Shown: positions 17,439 to 26,617 of the stretch, one piece after another
Layout: each line of letters opens with the position of its first letter
Position numbering within the stretch: the stretch's first letter is position 1
DNA from: a virus
Lineage: Duplodnaviria > Caudoviricetes
Length of the DNA: 64,000 nucleotides
Reading direction: 5' to 3' (one strand)
IMG/VR virus record: IMGVR_UViG_3300020704_000001
Coordinates: 1-64,000 of that record
The notes under the pieces: generated by a model
The model's database searches: none
Told to the model about the DNA's origin: nothing
What the model saw: only the letters and a program-made list of their open reading frames with translations
Position numbers and translations under genes: made by a program

Positions 17439-18148
17439 TCGAATATATCTTCTACATCAATGTGGTGTTCTGTTCCACATTTTTTACACTTTAAATTTAT
17501 TTGTTTATGAATTTTTGGTTCATTTGCAAAAAAATTCCCTATTTTAGAGTACTGTTCCATAGTTAAATTTCCCAACCACTCAACAAGTTCTGCTTTTGGG
17601 ATATCTTGAGCACTATGAGAAGATGTTTCATCATAAATAAATTCAATGTTTTTTGCTACTAAATTAAATTCTTCTTCAGCAGTTAAAAATTCACTTTTTT
17701 TGATTATGTTCGGTTCAAATCTTTGAAAATTTAATTTAACACCAATTTTATCTGTTATTTGTATTGTTTGTGGCAATGCTTCGGTTATTTCCAAATCTGT
17801 TAATAAATTTAATCTGTGTAGCATTATCCCACCACAAATTTCCTCATCTACAACATTTTCGCATTTATATTTTAAATCGACACTTTCTGATTGAGATCTT
17901 GCTCTAAGTTGATAAAATAAAAATTCAATATCAGTTACAGGCAATTTTCTAGCATTTATTGGTGACAATACACAATTATCAACAATTTGTGCGATTGCTT
18001 CGATTAATGCTTCTGGCTCATTTGATTCAACAGCCATCAATAAGATTTTTTGTTCTTTCACAACATAAGGTCTAAATTTAACATCCTGTTTCGATACAGG
18101 AAGCTTTACAGTATATGTTGGAGAATCAATTTTTGGTAATAGTGACAT
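17426..18148 (-). CDS. 26: Baseplate hub assembly protein gp26
   Basis: LPKIDSPTY, VKFRPYVVKEQKILL, DIEFLFYQLRARS, CxxC, ends DFFD. Confidence 0.9.
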   Translation of the reverse strand: MSLLPKIDSPTYTVKLPVSKQDVKFRPYVVKEQKILLMAVESNEPEALIEAIAQIVDNCVLSPINARKLPVTDIEFLFYQLRARSQSESVDLKYKCENVVDEEICGGIMLHRLNLLTDLEITEALPQTIQITDKIGVKLNFQRFEPNIIKKSEFLTAEEEFNLVAKNIEFIYDETSSHSAQDIPKAELVEWLGNLTMEQYSKIGNFFANEPKIHKQINLKCKKCGTEHHIDVEDIFDFFD

Positions 18149-18152
18149 AATA

Positions 18153-18914
18153 TTATCCTTGGTTCAATGATTTAAAGTTTGGGTTTAAAATATTTGATTG
18201 TTGTGTTGGTGTTCCGAAATTTGGTGTTAAGTATGAATTAAGTGTTGTATTAAACGAATTAATTCCTGTATTAATTACTTGAGTTCCTGATTGTGGAACA
18301 ATATTAAAATTATTAATAGTTTCAGTAAAGTTTTTTGAATTTTCGTAAAAATTATATTGATATTCTGTATATGCAAATGTAACATTAAACGATATTGCTT
18401 GATTTTCAGCAGACCACGCTAATGGAATTTGACTTATTGCTATTGGGAATGCGTCGGTTAGTGTGCACGAAAGAAGTTTTTCTCCAGCAGATGTATAGTG
18501 TGTGATTGTTGGTTGACACACTATCTCATCTTTATATTTCACATTATATGTTGTATCGATACCATTTCCAATAACCTCTCCTCTGCCAGTAAAAAGTGCT
18601 ATCCATGTAAGGAATGTTTGCCTTACTTCTTCAATACCAAGACCTGGAGTGTAAAATGATAATGTAATATCGTTATATGCTGACATTATTGGATACTTTT
18701 CAACTACTCCATATATTTTTTGAGAAACTGTTGCAATAGATTCTCCTGGAAGTTCTGCTGAATGACAAAGATATGATAGTGTTTTTGTGTTTACATTTGA
18801 AAAGATTTTTGCTGCAAGACCTGATGGCGCAGGTATAGTAACATCAAAATATGCACTTCTTCCTATATCATATTTTAATAATTGATCTAATGCCCCTAAA
18901 TAATTAGTAGCCAT
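18153..18914 (-). CDS. 54: Tail tube initiator gp54-like (gp19 fold)
   Basis: CHSAELPG, LTDAFPIAISQIPLAW, FNVTFAY; position. Confidence 0.7.
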   Translation of the reverse strand: MATNYLGALDQLLKYDIGRSAYFDVTIPAPSGLAAKIFSNVNTKTLSYLCHSAELPGESIATVSQKIYGVVEKYPIMSAYNDITLSFYTPGLGIEEVRQTFLTWIALFTGRGEVIGNGIDTTYNVKYKDEIVCQPTITHYTSAGEKLLSCTLTDAFPIAISQIPLAWSAENQAISFNVTFAYTEYQYNFYENSKNFTETINNFNIVPQSGTQVINTGINSFNTTLNSYLTPNFGTPTQQSNILNPNFKSLNQG

Positions 18915-18923
18915 TGTTTATCC

Positions 18924-19517
18924 TCATTGTAATGAATCCATTGATTCTTTCCATACTTGTTGTTTTGATTTTTTCTTAAAATTTTCAAATGGTAATGCAG
19001 CTGCATATCCCCAATCATAAGGAGGTATTAATTTAATTCCACCCCTTATTTGTTTATATAAATATTGTTTAAAGCAAGGTTTAAACATTTGCATTGTTGT
19101 TATATTCTTCAAAATATCATAAGAAATTCTTAGTCTCTCTAATTCGCCATCTTTATATACCGATTTATCCAATAAATTGCTCAATAATATCATCCTAATA
19201 TTTATTGGTAAATAATGTAAATTTATCCCTTGAAAACCACCTTTTATAGTTCCCATCATTAATATTAATGGAAAAGTATCATAATATGGCAAAGAAGTTT
19301 TTAATTTTGGATCATAATGAAAAAGATACATTTTACCAACTTCAAATCGTTGAGTATTTTCTTCATTAAGAATTTCTTCTTCTTTTTGTTTTAATTCTTC
19401 AATTTCTACAGCTTTAGGATTTATTAATGTCTTTATTTTCCCTTTAAACCATTTAATTGATTCAAATGCCGAACTTAATGTTATCTTTATATTAAAATCG
19501 TCTTGACTCTTTAACAT
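18924..19517 (-). CDS. 2: DNA end protector gp2
   Basis: GKMYLFHYDPK..LPYYDTFPL, GINLHYLP; TAATG coupling with gp4. Confidence 0.9.
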   Translation of the reverse strand: MLKSQDDFNIKITLSSAFESIKWFKGKIKTLINPKAVEIEELKQKEEEILNEENTQRFEVGKMYLFHYDPKLKTSLPYYDTFPLILMMGTIKGGFQGINLHYLPINIRMILLSNLLDKSVYKDGELERLRISYDILKNITTMQMFKPCFKQYLYKQIRGGIKLIPPYDWGYAAALPFENFKKKSKQQVWKESMDSLQ

Positions 19518-19960
19518 TAGAAATTTACATCCTTTTCTGTTAGTGTCATAAATTGCCAATTTCTATCAAGACAATAAGATTTCGCAGCTTTCCATTTTGC
19601 CTGATTTACTGCATAAGTACAAACTTCAGTTATATACCGTTTTGTTATTCTCGTTTTTATTTGCGGTTCAATTGTTTGTGCATATGGTTTTATTTCTATT
19701 AAATATGCTTTAATTCTTCCATCAGAACCTTTTATTCTTGCAAATACATCAGGAAAATATCTGTGATACTTATTATCAACAGGAGATTTATATGGAATAA
19801 CACATTCTTCTGAATGCCACTCAACAACATTAGGGTTATTATCCATCCAATTAAATATTTTTATTTCCCAACTTGATCTTGCAGTTATATTTTCCCAATC
19901 TCCAAGGTATTTTTCTTTATTCTTTGGAACCCACTTTTTAGGTTTAGGATATTTGCTCAT
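19517..19960 (-). CDS. 4: Head completion nuclease gp4
   Basis: PKNKEKYLGD, RSSWE, WHSEE, HRYFPD, EIKP, NQAKW. Confidence 0.95.
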   Translation of the reverse strand: MSKYPKPKKWVPKNKEKYLGDWENITARSSWEIKIFNWMDNNPNVVEWHSEECVIPYKSPVDNKYHRYFPDVFARIKGSDGRIKAYLIEIKPYAQTIEPQIKTRITKRYITEVCTYAVNQAKWKAAKSYCLDRNWQFMTLTEKDVNF

Positions 19961-19972
19961 ATTAAAGTTTGA

Positions 19973-19996
19973 TATAAATAGTTTATAATATTTATA
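19973..19996. promoter_or_regulatory. Pair of opposed late promoters between gp4 and gp48
   Basis: TATAAATA on + (19973-19980) and on - (19989-19996). Confidence 0.8.
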
Positions 19997-20021
19997 TAAA
20001 AATTAATACGGGATAAATTTA

Positions 20022-21032
20022 ATGGAAACGCTTCCAACATCGCCATTAGCAAAATTATATACAAATCCAAATATGATGACTACATTGGCATATCCTTCCG
20101 ATCTTGGTACAAGTAGAAAGGGGCATTGGATAAATTTTAATATTTCTGTTCCTACAAAATCAACATATGCAACAACATACACACCTCAAGGATCAGCTGG
20201 AATATTAAATGCAATATCAGCTTCTTCTATGACAAGTATAGTAAATGCAATTTCGCACCCAATAGATACAATATCTTCATTATTTTCTACATTAGGAGCA
20301 ACTAATTCTTCTGGTTCTGCATATAATGCCCCTATTCCCGAATTATGGACATATACAGTTACTCCTGGGTCTACAAAACTTTCAACAGTAATTAGTTTAT
20401 ATGCTCCAGACACTCTTTCTACTGTCCAACACTCTCATTATAGTGTAGAAAGTTTAGGAGAAGCTACAGGAGTTGTTGGACAACTTGCAGCAGGAACAAT
20501 TGGAATTGAAGAAGCAATAAAATCTGGTGGTGGGGATACTGCAATAAAAAATATGGCGGTTGAGGCTGCTCTTGCTACTGCAACTGGGAGTCAAGTTGTT
20601 GTTAATGCTGGACTTAAAGCTGGAGGTTCTGCCATAAACCCACAAATGGAAGTGTTTTTTAAAGATATCGATTTTAGAACCTTCCAATTTGATTTTTTGT
20701 TTACACCTCGTTCTGCTTCTGAAGCAGAAACAGTAAGGGCTATAATACAAGCATTCAAATTTCATGCTGCTCCTGAATTAGATAAAAATAATAGTGCTGG
20801 CGGAAGATATTATATTGTTCCGTCTGTTTTTGAAATTCAAATGTATAAAGATGGCCAAAAAAATGAGAATGTCGGAAAATATGGTGTCTGTGCTTGTGAA
20901 ACAGTAAATGTTGATTACGCTCCTCAGGGGTGGGTTACTCATGAAGATGGTATGCCAGTACAAACGCGTCTAACTCTCCAATTCAAAGAGATGGAAATAA
21001 TGACAAAAGAACGTATTGCACAAGGATATTAA
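20022..21032 (+). CDS. 48: Baseplate tail tube cap gp48
   Basis: LAYPSDL, INPQMEVFF, FRTFQFDFLFTPRS, LTLQFKE. Confidence 0.85.
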   Translation: METLPTSPLAKLYTNPNMMTTLAYPSDLGTSRKGHWINFNISVPTKSTYATTYTPQGSAGILNAISASSMTSIVNAISHPIDTISSLFSTLGATNSSGSAYNAPIPELWTYTVTPGSTKLSTVISLYAPDTLSTVQHSHYSVESLGEATGVVGQLAAGTIGIEEAIKSGGGDTAIKNMAVEAALATATGSQVVVNAGLKAGGSAINPQMEVFFKDIDFRTFQFDFLFTPRSASEAETVRAIIQAFKFHAAPELDKNNSAGGRYYIVPSVFEIQMYKDGQKNENVGKYGVCACETVNVDYAPQGWVTHEDGMPVQTRLTLQFKEMEIMTKERIAQGY

Positions 21033-21034
21033 TA

Positions 21035-21673
21035 ATGGCTGATTTCTTTTCAAAATATCCAAAATTAATTTATAATAATAAAATTGCTACAGATCTTATT
21101 GCAAGAGTCGCATTAAGAGAAAAATATTCAAATAAAGTGCAGTTATATTATGAATATGACTTACAAGAAGGAGATACTCCAGAGATTGTAGCATCAAAAT
21201 ATTATGGCGATCCAGAAAAAAACTGGATAATATTATTTATGAATGAAATTATAGATCCTGTTTTTGATTTTCCTTTATCACAATCGAATTTTATTGCATA
21301 TCTTGATAGCAAATATATGCTCGAAGGTTCTGCAATAAACCGTACTGGTTCTCAATATGCAACATTAACTATAAATCCTGATCCACTAGGGTATGTTGTT
21401 GATGTCATAACAACAGATCAATCTTCTGGAACAATTTCTACAAATACAATATATATTGATCAAAAAGCATATAATGGACAATATTCGAATCCGACATTTA
21501 ATTTTACAAATAGTCCTTTTTCAAATATTCAATATATTAAACGAACAGTAACAATTTATGATTATGAGAATCAAATAAATGAATCAAAAAGGACAATAAA
21601 ATTGCTACAAACACAATATGTCAGCAAATTCGAAGAAGAATTATCTTCTTTAATGAAACTTCAATATGTGTAA
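21035..21673 (+). CDS. 53: Baseplate wedge gp53
   Basis: FFSKYP, GDTPEIVASKYYGD..WIIL, YENQINESKR. Confidence 0.9.
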   Translation: MADFFSKYPKLIYNNKIATDLIARVALREKYSNKVQLYYEYDLQEGDTPEIVASKYYGDPEKNWIILFMNEIIDPVFDFPLSQSNFIAYLDSKYMLEGSAINRTGSQYATLTINPDPLGYVVDVITTDQSSGTISTNTIYIDQKAYNGQYSNPTFNFTNSPFSNIQYIKRTVTIYDYENQINESKRTIKLLQTQYVSKFEEELSSLMKLQYV

Positions 21674-21679
21674 AATAAT

Positions 21680-23032
21680 ATGAGTGACGGTATATTAACC
21701 TCCCAAGACATAGGAATAAAATCTTGTTTGATTTCCGGATCATCAGGACAACAAATTGACTTTAAAAATATAATTATAGAATTTAATTATTATGAAGATA
21801 TATTTGCTAATGGAGTTAGTGGTTCTCTGGTGGTAAATGATTCTATGGGCTACATAAATATTTTACAGTTACAGGGGTCAGAAGTTTTATCTCTTGTTAT
21901 AGACAAACCAGGATTAAATCTGCCAATTTCTGGTAATTATAGAATTTATACAATATCAAACAGAAAACAAACAAATTCAACAAATCAAAATTATATAATC
22001 AAATTTTGTTCTGAAGAATTATTTTTAAATGAACAATATAGAATTTCTAAGTCTTACACCAAAGTTAAAGTTTCTGATATTGTTATTGATATTGCATATA
22101 ACCAATTAAAAATTCCTGAACCATTATTGATTATTGATGAAACAACTGGATTAAGAGATATTGTAGTTCCCAACTTTAAACCAATTCAAGCAATAAACTG
22201 GCTGTCAACATTTGCATTAGCTGGTGGATCAAAAAATATTGGCGCTCCATTTTTCTTTTATGAAGATAGAGATGGTTGGAAATTTAAATCAATTTTAACG
22301 TTATTTAAACAACCAGTTTATAAAACATATGAATATAGCGTAAAAGGTTTAAAATCTGACAGTAATGATTTGGTAACCGATTTAAATGCTGAAATTGTTA
22401 ATGTTATACAATATGAACATGTCAAAAATTTTGATTCTGTTTCTGCTGCCAGATCAGGTGTTTTTGCAAATAAGTTGCACACTGTTGATCCGTTAAGATT
22501 AAAACTTGGAGAAACAGATTTTAATTATGCTCAATATTTAAGTAATAATCCAGCAACATTAAATCAATACAATATTCCTGATACAGCAAAAAATAGAAAA
22601 GGTGATACAATGTCTGATGCTTCTGCTGTAGTAAAATATTGTATGACAACATCAGGCCAAAATCAAAATTCTTATATAAAAAGCAAAAATATTACAGTAA
22701 ATGAAAATTTAGTTGAACAAACAGTACCATTAAGAACAGCACAAATTGCGTTATTTTGTATTAATAGAATGAAATTATTAATTCCAGGTGATGTGTATAT
22801 GACAATTGGAAGAGTTATCGAATTTAATTTACCTCAAGTATCTTATAATAAAGCATCAAGACAAAAAGGAAAGGACGAATTTTATTCTGGAAAATATTTA
22901 GTCACAGCAGTAAGACATTTATTTAATCAAGCAGGAACATATGTTACATGTATTGAAATATGTAAAGATTCTTCCCCAACCCAATATGGTTCTTTTGATA
23001 ATTCAAATCCTGAATGGAATTCTTTACGATGA
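21680..23032 (+). CDS. Baseplate hub protein (gp27-like)
   Basis: YEDIF..SG, FFFYE, IPGD, SGKYLVTAVRH; between gp53 and gp5. Confidence 0.75.
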   Translation: MSDGILTSQDIGIKSCLISGSSGQQIDFKNIIIEFNYYEDIFANGVSGSLVVNDSMGYINILQLQGSEVLSLVIDKPGLNLPISGNYRIYTISNRKQTNSTNQNYIIKFCSEELFLNEQYRISKSYTKVKVSDIVIDIAYNQLKIPEPLLIIDETTGLRDIVVPNFKPIQAINWLSTFALAGGSKNIGAPFFFYEDRDGWKFKSILTLFKQPVYKTYEYSVKGLKSDSNDLVTDLNAEIVNVIQYEHVKNFDSVSAARSGVFANKLHTVDPLRLKLGETDFNYAQYLSNNPATLNQYNIPDTAKNRKGDTMSDASAVVKYCMTTSGQNQNSYIKSKNITVNENLVEQTVPLRTAQIALFCINRMKLLIPGDVYMTIGRVIEFNLPQVSYNKASRQKGKDEFYSGKYLVTAVRHLFNQAGTYVTCIEICKDSSPTQYGSFDNSNPEWNSLR

Positions 23033-24063
23033 ACAATACATTAGATTTTAATAATACAAGAAGAGGAAATTTTCTTGGTCATGATGGGTTTATTTGGTGG
23101 ATTGGTGTTGTTGAAAATAGAAATGACCCATTAAACCTTGGGCGATGTCAAGTTAGAATTAAAGGTCTTCATTCTGCAAATTTAACAGAAATAACTACAG
23201 AATCATTACCTTGGGCACAGCCACTTTTTCCTATTAATCAATCATTTTCTACTCCTGCCACATTAACTGAGGGGGATATGGTTGTCGGGTTTTTCCTTGA
23301 TGGTGATTCTGCACAATTTCCAGTAATTTTTGGAATGTTTCATGGAATACCAGAAGATCAAACAAATCTAAATTTAGGATTTAATGATCCAAGAACTGCT
23401 GACCAATTAAAGGCAGCGCCAAGAAAACCAAAATCAATTAATTATAATACTTCTGGTAGTGGTGCATCAATAAATGATAATTCTGCTGGCAACAATTATC
23501 CTGATATACTGAATGAACCAACTACTGATAGACTAACAAGAAACGAAAGTATAGATTCTACAATCGTAAAATCAAAAAGGGATTCAGTAGTAAATGTTAC
23601 AGATGCGAAAGGCGGTTCATGGAAAGAACCTGCTACTCCATATAATGCAACATATCCATATAATCATGTTTTAGCAACTGAGTCCGGTCATTATCTTGAA
23701 TTTGATGATTCCCCTGGAGCCGAACGTGTTCATTTATACCACAGATCAGGAACTTTTTCAGAAATACATCCAGATGGCACAAAAGTTGAAAAAATTACTA
23801 AAAATAAATATACGATAGTGATGGGTGACGATGACATCTATGTTATGGGGGATTGTTCTGTTACAGTCCAAGGCAATGCAAAAGTTTATGTTCAAAAAAA
23901 TTGCGATTTAAAAGTAGATGGAACTATGAATCAAACTATTGGAAAAGATTTAAACCTTACTGTTGGTGGAAATATTACAACAATTGCGAGTGGAAATATT
24001 ACTCAAACAAGTATTGGTGATACACAAATTATTGGTGCTAGTGTTGATATTTTATACATATAA
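23029..24063 (+). CDS. 5: Baseplate central spike gp5 (OB fold + beta-helix, no lysozyme domain)
   Basis: WWIGVVENRNDPLNLGRCQVR, LPWA, VVGFFLDG, YPYNHV..TESGH..EFDDSPGAER. Confidence 0.9.
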   Translation: MNNTLDFNNTRRGNFLGHDGFIWWIGVVENRNDPLNLGRCQVRIKGLHSANLTEITTESLPWAQPLFPINQSFSTPATLTEGDMVVGFFLDGDSAQFPVIFGMFHGIPEDQTNLNLGFNDPRTADQLKAAPRKPKSINYNTSGSGASINDNSAGNNYPDILNEPTTDRLTRNESIDSTIVKSKRDSVVNVTDAKGGSWKEPATPYNATYPYNHVLATESGHYLEFDDSPGAERVHLYHRSGTFSEIHPDGTKVEKITKNKYTIVMGDDDIYVMGDCSVTVQGNAKVYVQKNCDLKVDGTMNQTIGKDLNLTVGGNITTIASGNITQTSIGDTQIIGASVDILYI

Positions 24064-24076
24064 CTCGGGGAAATAA

Positions 24077-24505
24077 ATGTCAATTCTTACAACCACAAAT
24101 GGCTTAACAAATGGTGTCGTTGATCAAAGTGGATATTCAGACCTTGATTTATCGTTTAATCCTCATCCAGTAACTGGGGATTTAATGATAACAACAGGAA
24201 ATATTGCTGTTTCTAGAGCATTAAAAAATTTAATTTTAACTAATCATTACGAAAAACCATTTAATCCAGATTATGGTTCAAATGTCCTAAAATTATTATT
24301 TGAACCAATGACACCATTTACTGCTTCAACTTTAGAATCAGAAATAAAATATACTATCAAAAATTTTGAACCTAGAATATCAATAAATTTCGTGAATGTT
24401 GTTGCAGATTATGAAAATGATGCTTACGCTGTTTCTATATCATATTACATAAATAATTTAGTTCAACCGTTTTCAGCAGATTTTTTACTAGCACGTTTGC
24501 GATAA
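24077..24505 (+). CDS. 25: Baseplate wedge gp25
   Basis: YSDLDLSF, NLILT..EKPFNPDYG, FEPRI. Confidence 0.92.
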   Translation: MSILTTTNGLTNGVVDQSGYSDLDLSFNPHPVTGDLMITTGNIAVSRALKNLILTNHYEKPFNPDYGSNVLKLLFEPMTPFTASTLESEIKYTIKNFEPRISINFVNVVADYENDAYAVSISYYINNLVQPFSADFLLARLR

Positions 24506-24538
24506 TAAATACTATAAAAGAATTATAGGGGTAGATAA

Positions 24539-26617
24539 ATGGCAACCGCCAATTCAAACATTAATATTACTAATTTAGATTTTGATTCTATAAAATCAAC
24601 TCTACAAACCTATCTTGGTAATCAATCGCAATTTACAGATTATAATTTTAATGGGTCTGTCATTTCTTCAGTTTTAGATTTATTATCTTATAACACATAT
24701 TATAATTCGTTTTATTTAAATATGGTAGCTAATGAGATGTTTCTTGATACTGCGCTAAAACGCAGTTCAGTAATTTCTCATGCAAAATTACTAAATTATA
24801 CACCAAGATCATCTATTTGTCCAAGTGCTATTGTAAATATAACAGTAACTGGTGGGTATAATTCTAATTTTTCTATTCCAAAATATACAGTGTTTCAATC
24901 AGAAGCAATAAATGGTACAAATTATCAATTTGTCACATTAGATTCTTTTTCTGTACCAGCTGTTTCGAATATTGCAACATTTAATTCGCTTAAATTATAT
25001 CAAGGCCAACCAGTTTCATATACATTTAATGTTGATCCTGTTGGAAATCCTTCTTTTATATTTAAATTGCCGGATGGAACTATAGATTTATCTACACTTA
25101 ATATTGTAGTATATCCAAATTCTCAATCCACAGCATTTTCTGTTTACAATCTAGCAACAGATTATATGTCTCTTGATGAAACTTCTAATGTATATTGGGT
25201 CCAAGAATCATTAGATGGATATTATGAAATTTATTTTGGAGATGGAATTCTTGGAAATAAATTATCAGCTTCAAATATTGTCGTTGTTGAATATTTAACT
25301 ACAAGCACAATAAACGCAAATGGAGCAAAATCGTTTACTTTAATGGATAAACTCCAATATTATTCTTCTTTTTCTATCACAACAATTCAACCAGCTACAG
25401 GCGGTCAAGCAAAAGAATCAATTGATTCAATAAAATTTCAAGCTCCAAAATCCTTTTCTGCACAAAATAGAGCGGTATCAAAAGAAGATTATATTACAGC
25501 AATACAACAAAATAAATTTGGATATTCGTTTGATTCAGTAAATGTTTGGGGTGGAGAAGAAAATGACCCTCCAATTTATGGGCAAATTTTTGTTTGTATA
25601 AAACCAACAGGCGGATATTTATTAACAGATACACAAAAACAAAGACTCATAAGTGATGTTATAACACCTATTTCTGTTATGACAGTAAGACCTATAATAA
25701 TAGATCCAGATTATACTTATGTTAAAATTTCTGTAAATGTTGTTTATGATCAAAAATTAACAGTCTTGACTCCTGCCCAGTTACAGACTGCAATTTCTGG
25801 ATTAATACAAAATTTTGGGAATTCCACATTAAATACATTTAATTCTTCATTTTTATCTAGCGAATTAAATTCTATAATTTTAAATGCTGATAGTTCTATT
25901 CTTACCAATGAGATTAGCATCCAACTCCAAAAGAAATTTTTTCCAAATACTTCAACACCAACAACATATAATTTATATTTTGGGGCTCCTCTATCAAAAG
26001 GTATTTTATTGACTGGTGTAAATAGTTCACCATCATTTAAAGTTATAGATACATCAAATTTATCAACATCTATTGATGGTGTTTTTATTGAAGAATCTCC
26101 TACTCTTACTGTTGGTATATCTTCTATCCAAATAGTTAATCCTGGGTTTGGTTATCAACAAACACCAACAATACAAATTTTAGGTGATGGAACAGGCGCA
26201 ACTGCTGTTGCTAATATGACAGTAAATGGAGCTATTAAAAATATTGTTGTTACAAATGCAGGTTCTGGTTATACTAGTGCAATAATAAAAATTGTTCCGG
26301 CAGCTAATGATACAACAGGACAAATGGGCTCTGCAACTGTTGTTTTACAAGGACAATATGGATCTTTGCGAACATCATATTATAATGATAATCAAATAAA
26401 AACAATTTTAAATGATAATGCAGGAACAATAGATTATTTAAATGGTATAATAACATTAAATTCTTTTAATCCAGTTGAAATTGATAATCCTTTAGGACAG
26501 TTTACATTAACAGCTTCTCCAACATCAACTATATTTTCTTCAACATATAATAGAATTATAACGCTGGATCCATTTGATCCAAATTCCATTACCGTAAATG
26601 TAATTGCGAAATCATAA
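24539..26617 (+). CDS. 6: Baseplate wedge gp6
   Basis: LDFDSIK, FTDYNF.GS, NEMFLDTA, YFGDG, QNRAVS..DY, VWGGE. Confidence 0.93.
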   Translation: MATANSNINITNLDFDSIKSTLQTYLGNQSQFTDYNFNGSVISSVLDLLSYNTYYNSFYLNMVANEMFLDTALKRSSVISHAKLLNYTPRSSICPSAIVNITVTGGYNSNFSIPKYTVFQSEAINGTNYQFVTLDSFSVPAVSNIATFNSLKLYQGQPVSYTFNVDPVGNPSFIFKLPDGTIDLSTLNIVVYPNSQSTAFSVYNLATDYMSLDETSNVYWVQESLDGYYEIYFGDGILGNKLSASNIVVVEYLTTSTINANGAKSFTLMDKLQYYSSFSITTIQPATGGQAKESIDSIKFQAPKSFSAQNRAVSKEDYITAIQQNKFGYSFDSVNVWGGEENDPPIYGQIFVCIKPTGGYLLTDTQKQRLISDVITPISVMTVRPIIIDPDYTYVKISVNVVYDQKLTVLTPAQLQTAISGLIQNFGNSTLNTFNSSFLSSELNSIILNADSSILTNEISIQLQKKFFPNTSTPTTYNLYFGAPLSKGILLTGVNSSPSFKVIDTSNLSTSIDGVFIEESPTLTVGISSIQIVNPGFGYQQTPTIQILGDGTGATAVANMTVNGAIKNIVVTNAGSGYTSAIIKIVPAANDTTGQMGSATVVLQGQYGSLRTSYYNDNQIKTILNDNAGTIDYLNGIITLNSFNPVEIDNPLGQFTLTASPTSTIFSSTYNRIITLDPFDPNSITVNVIAKS

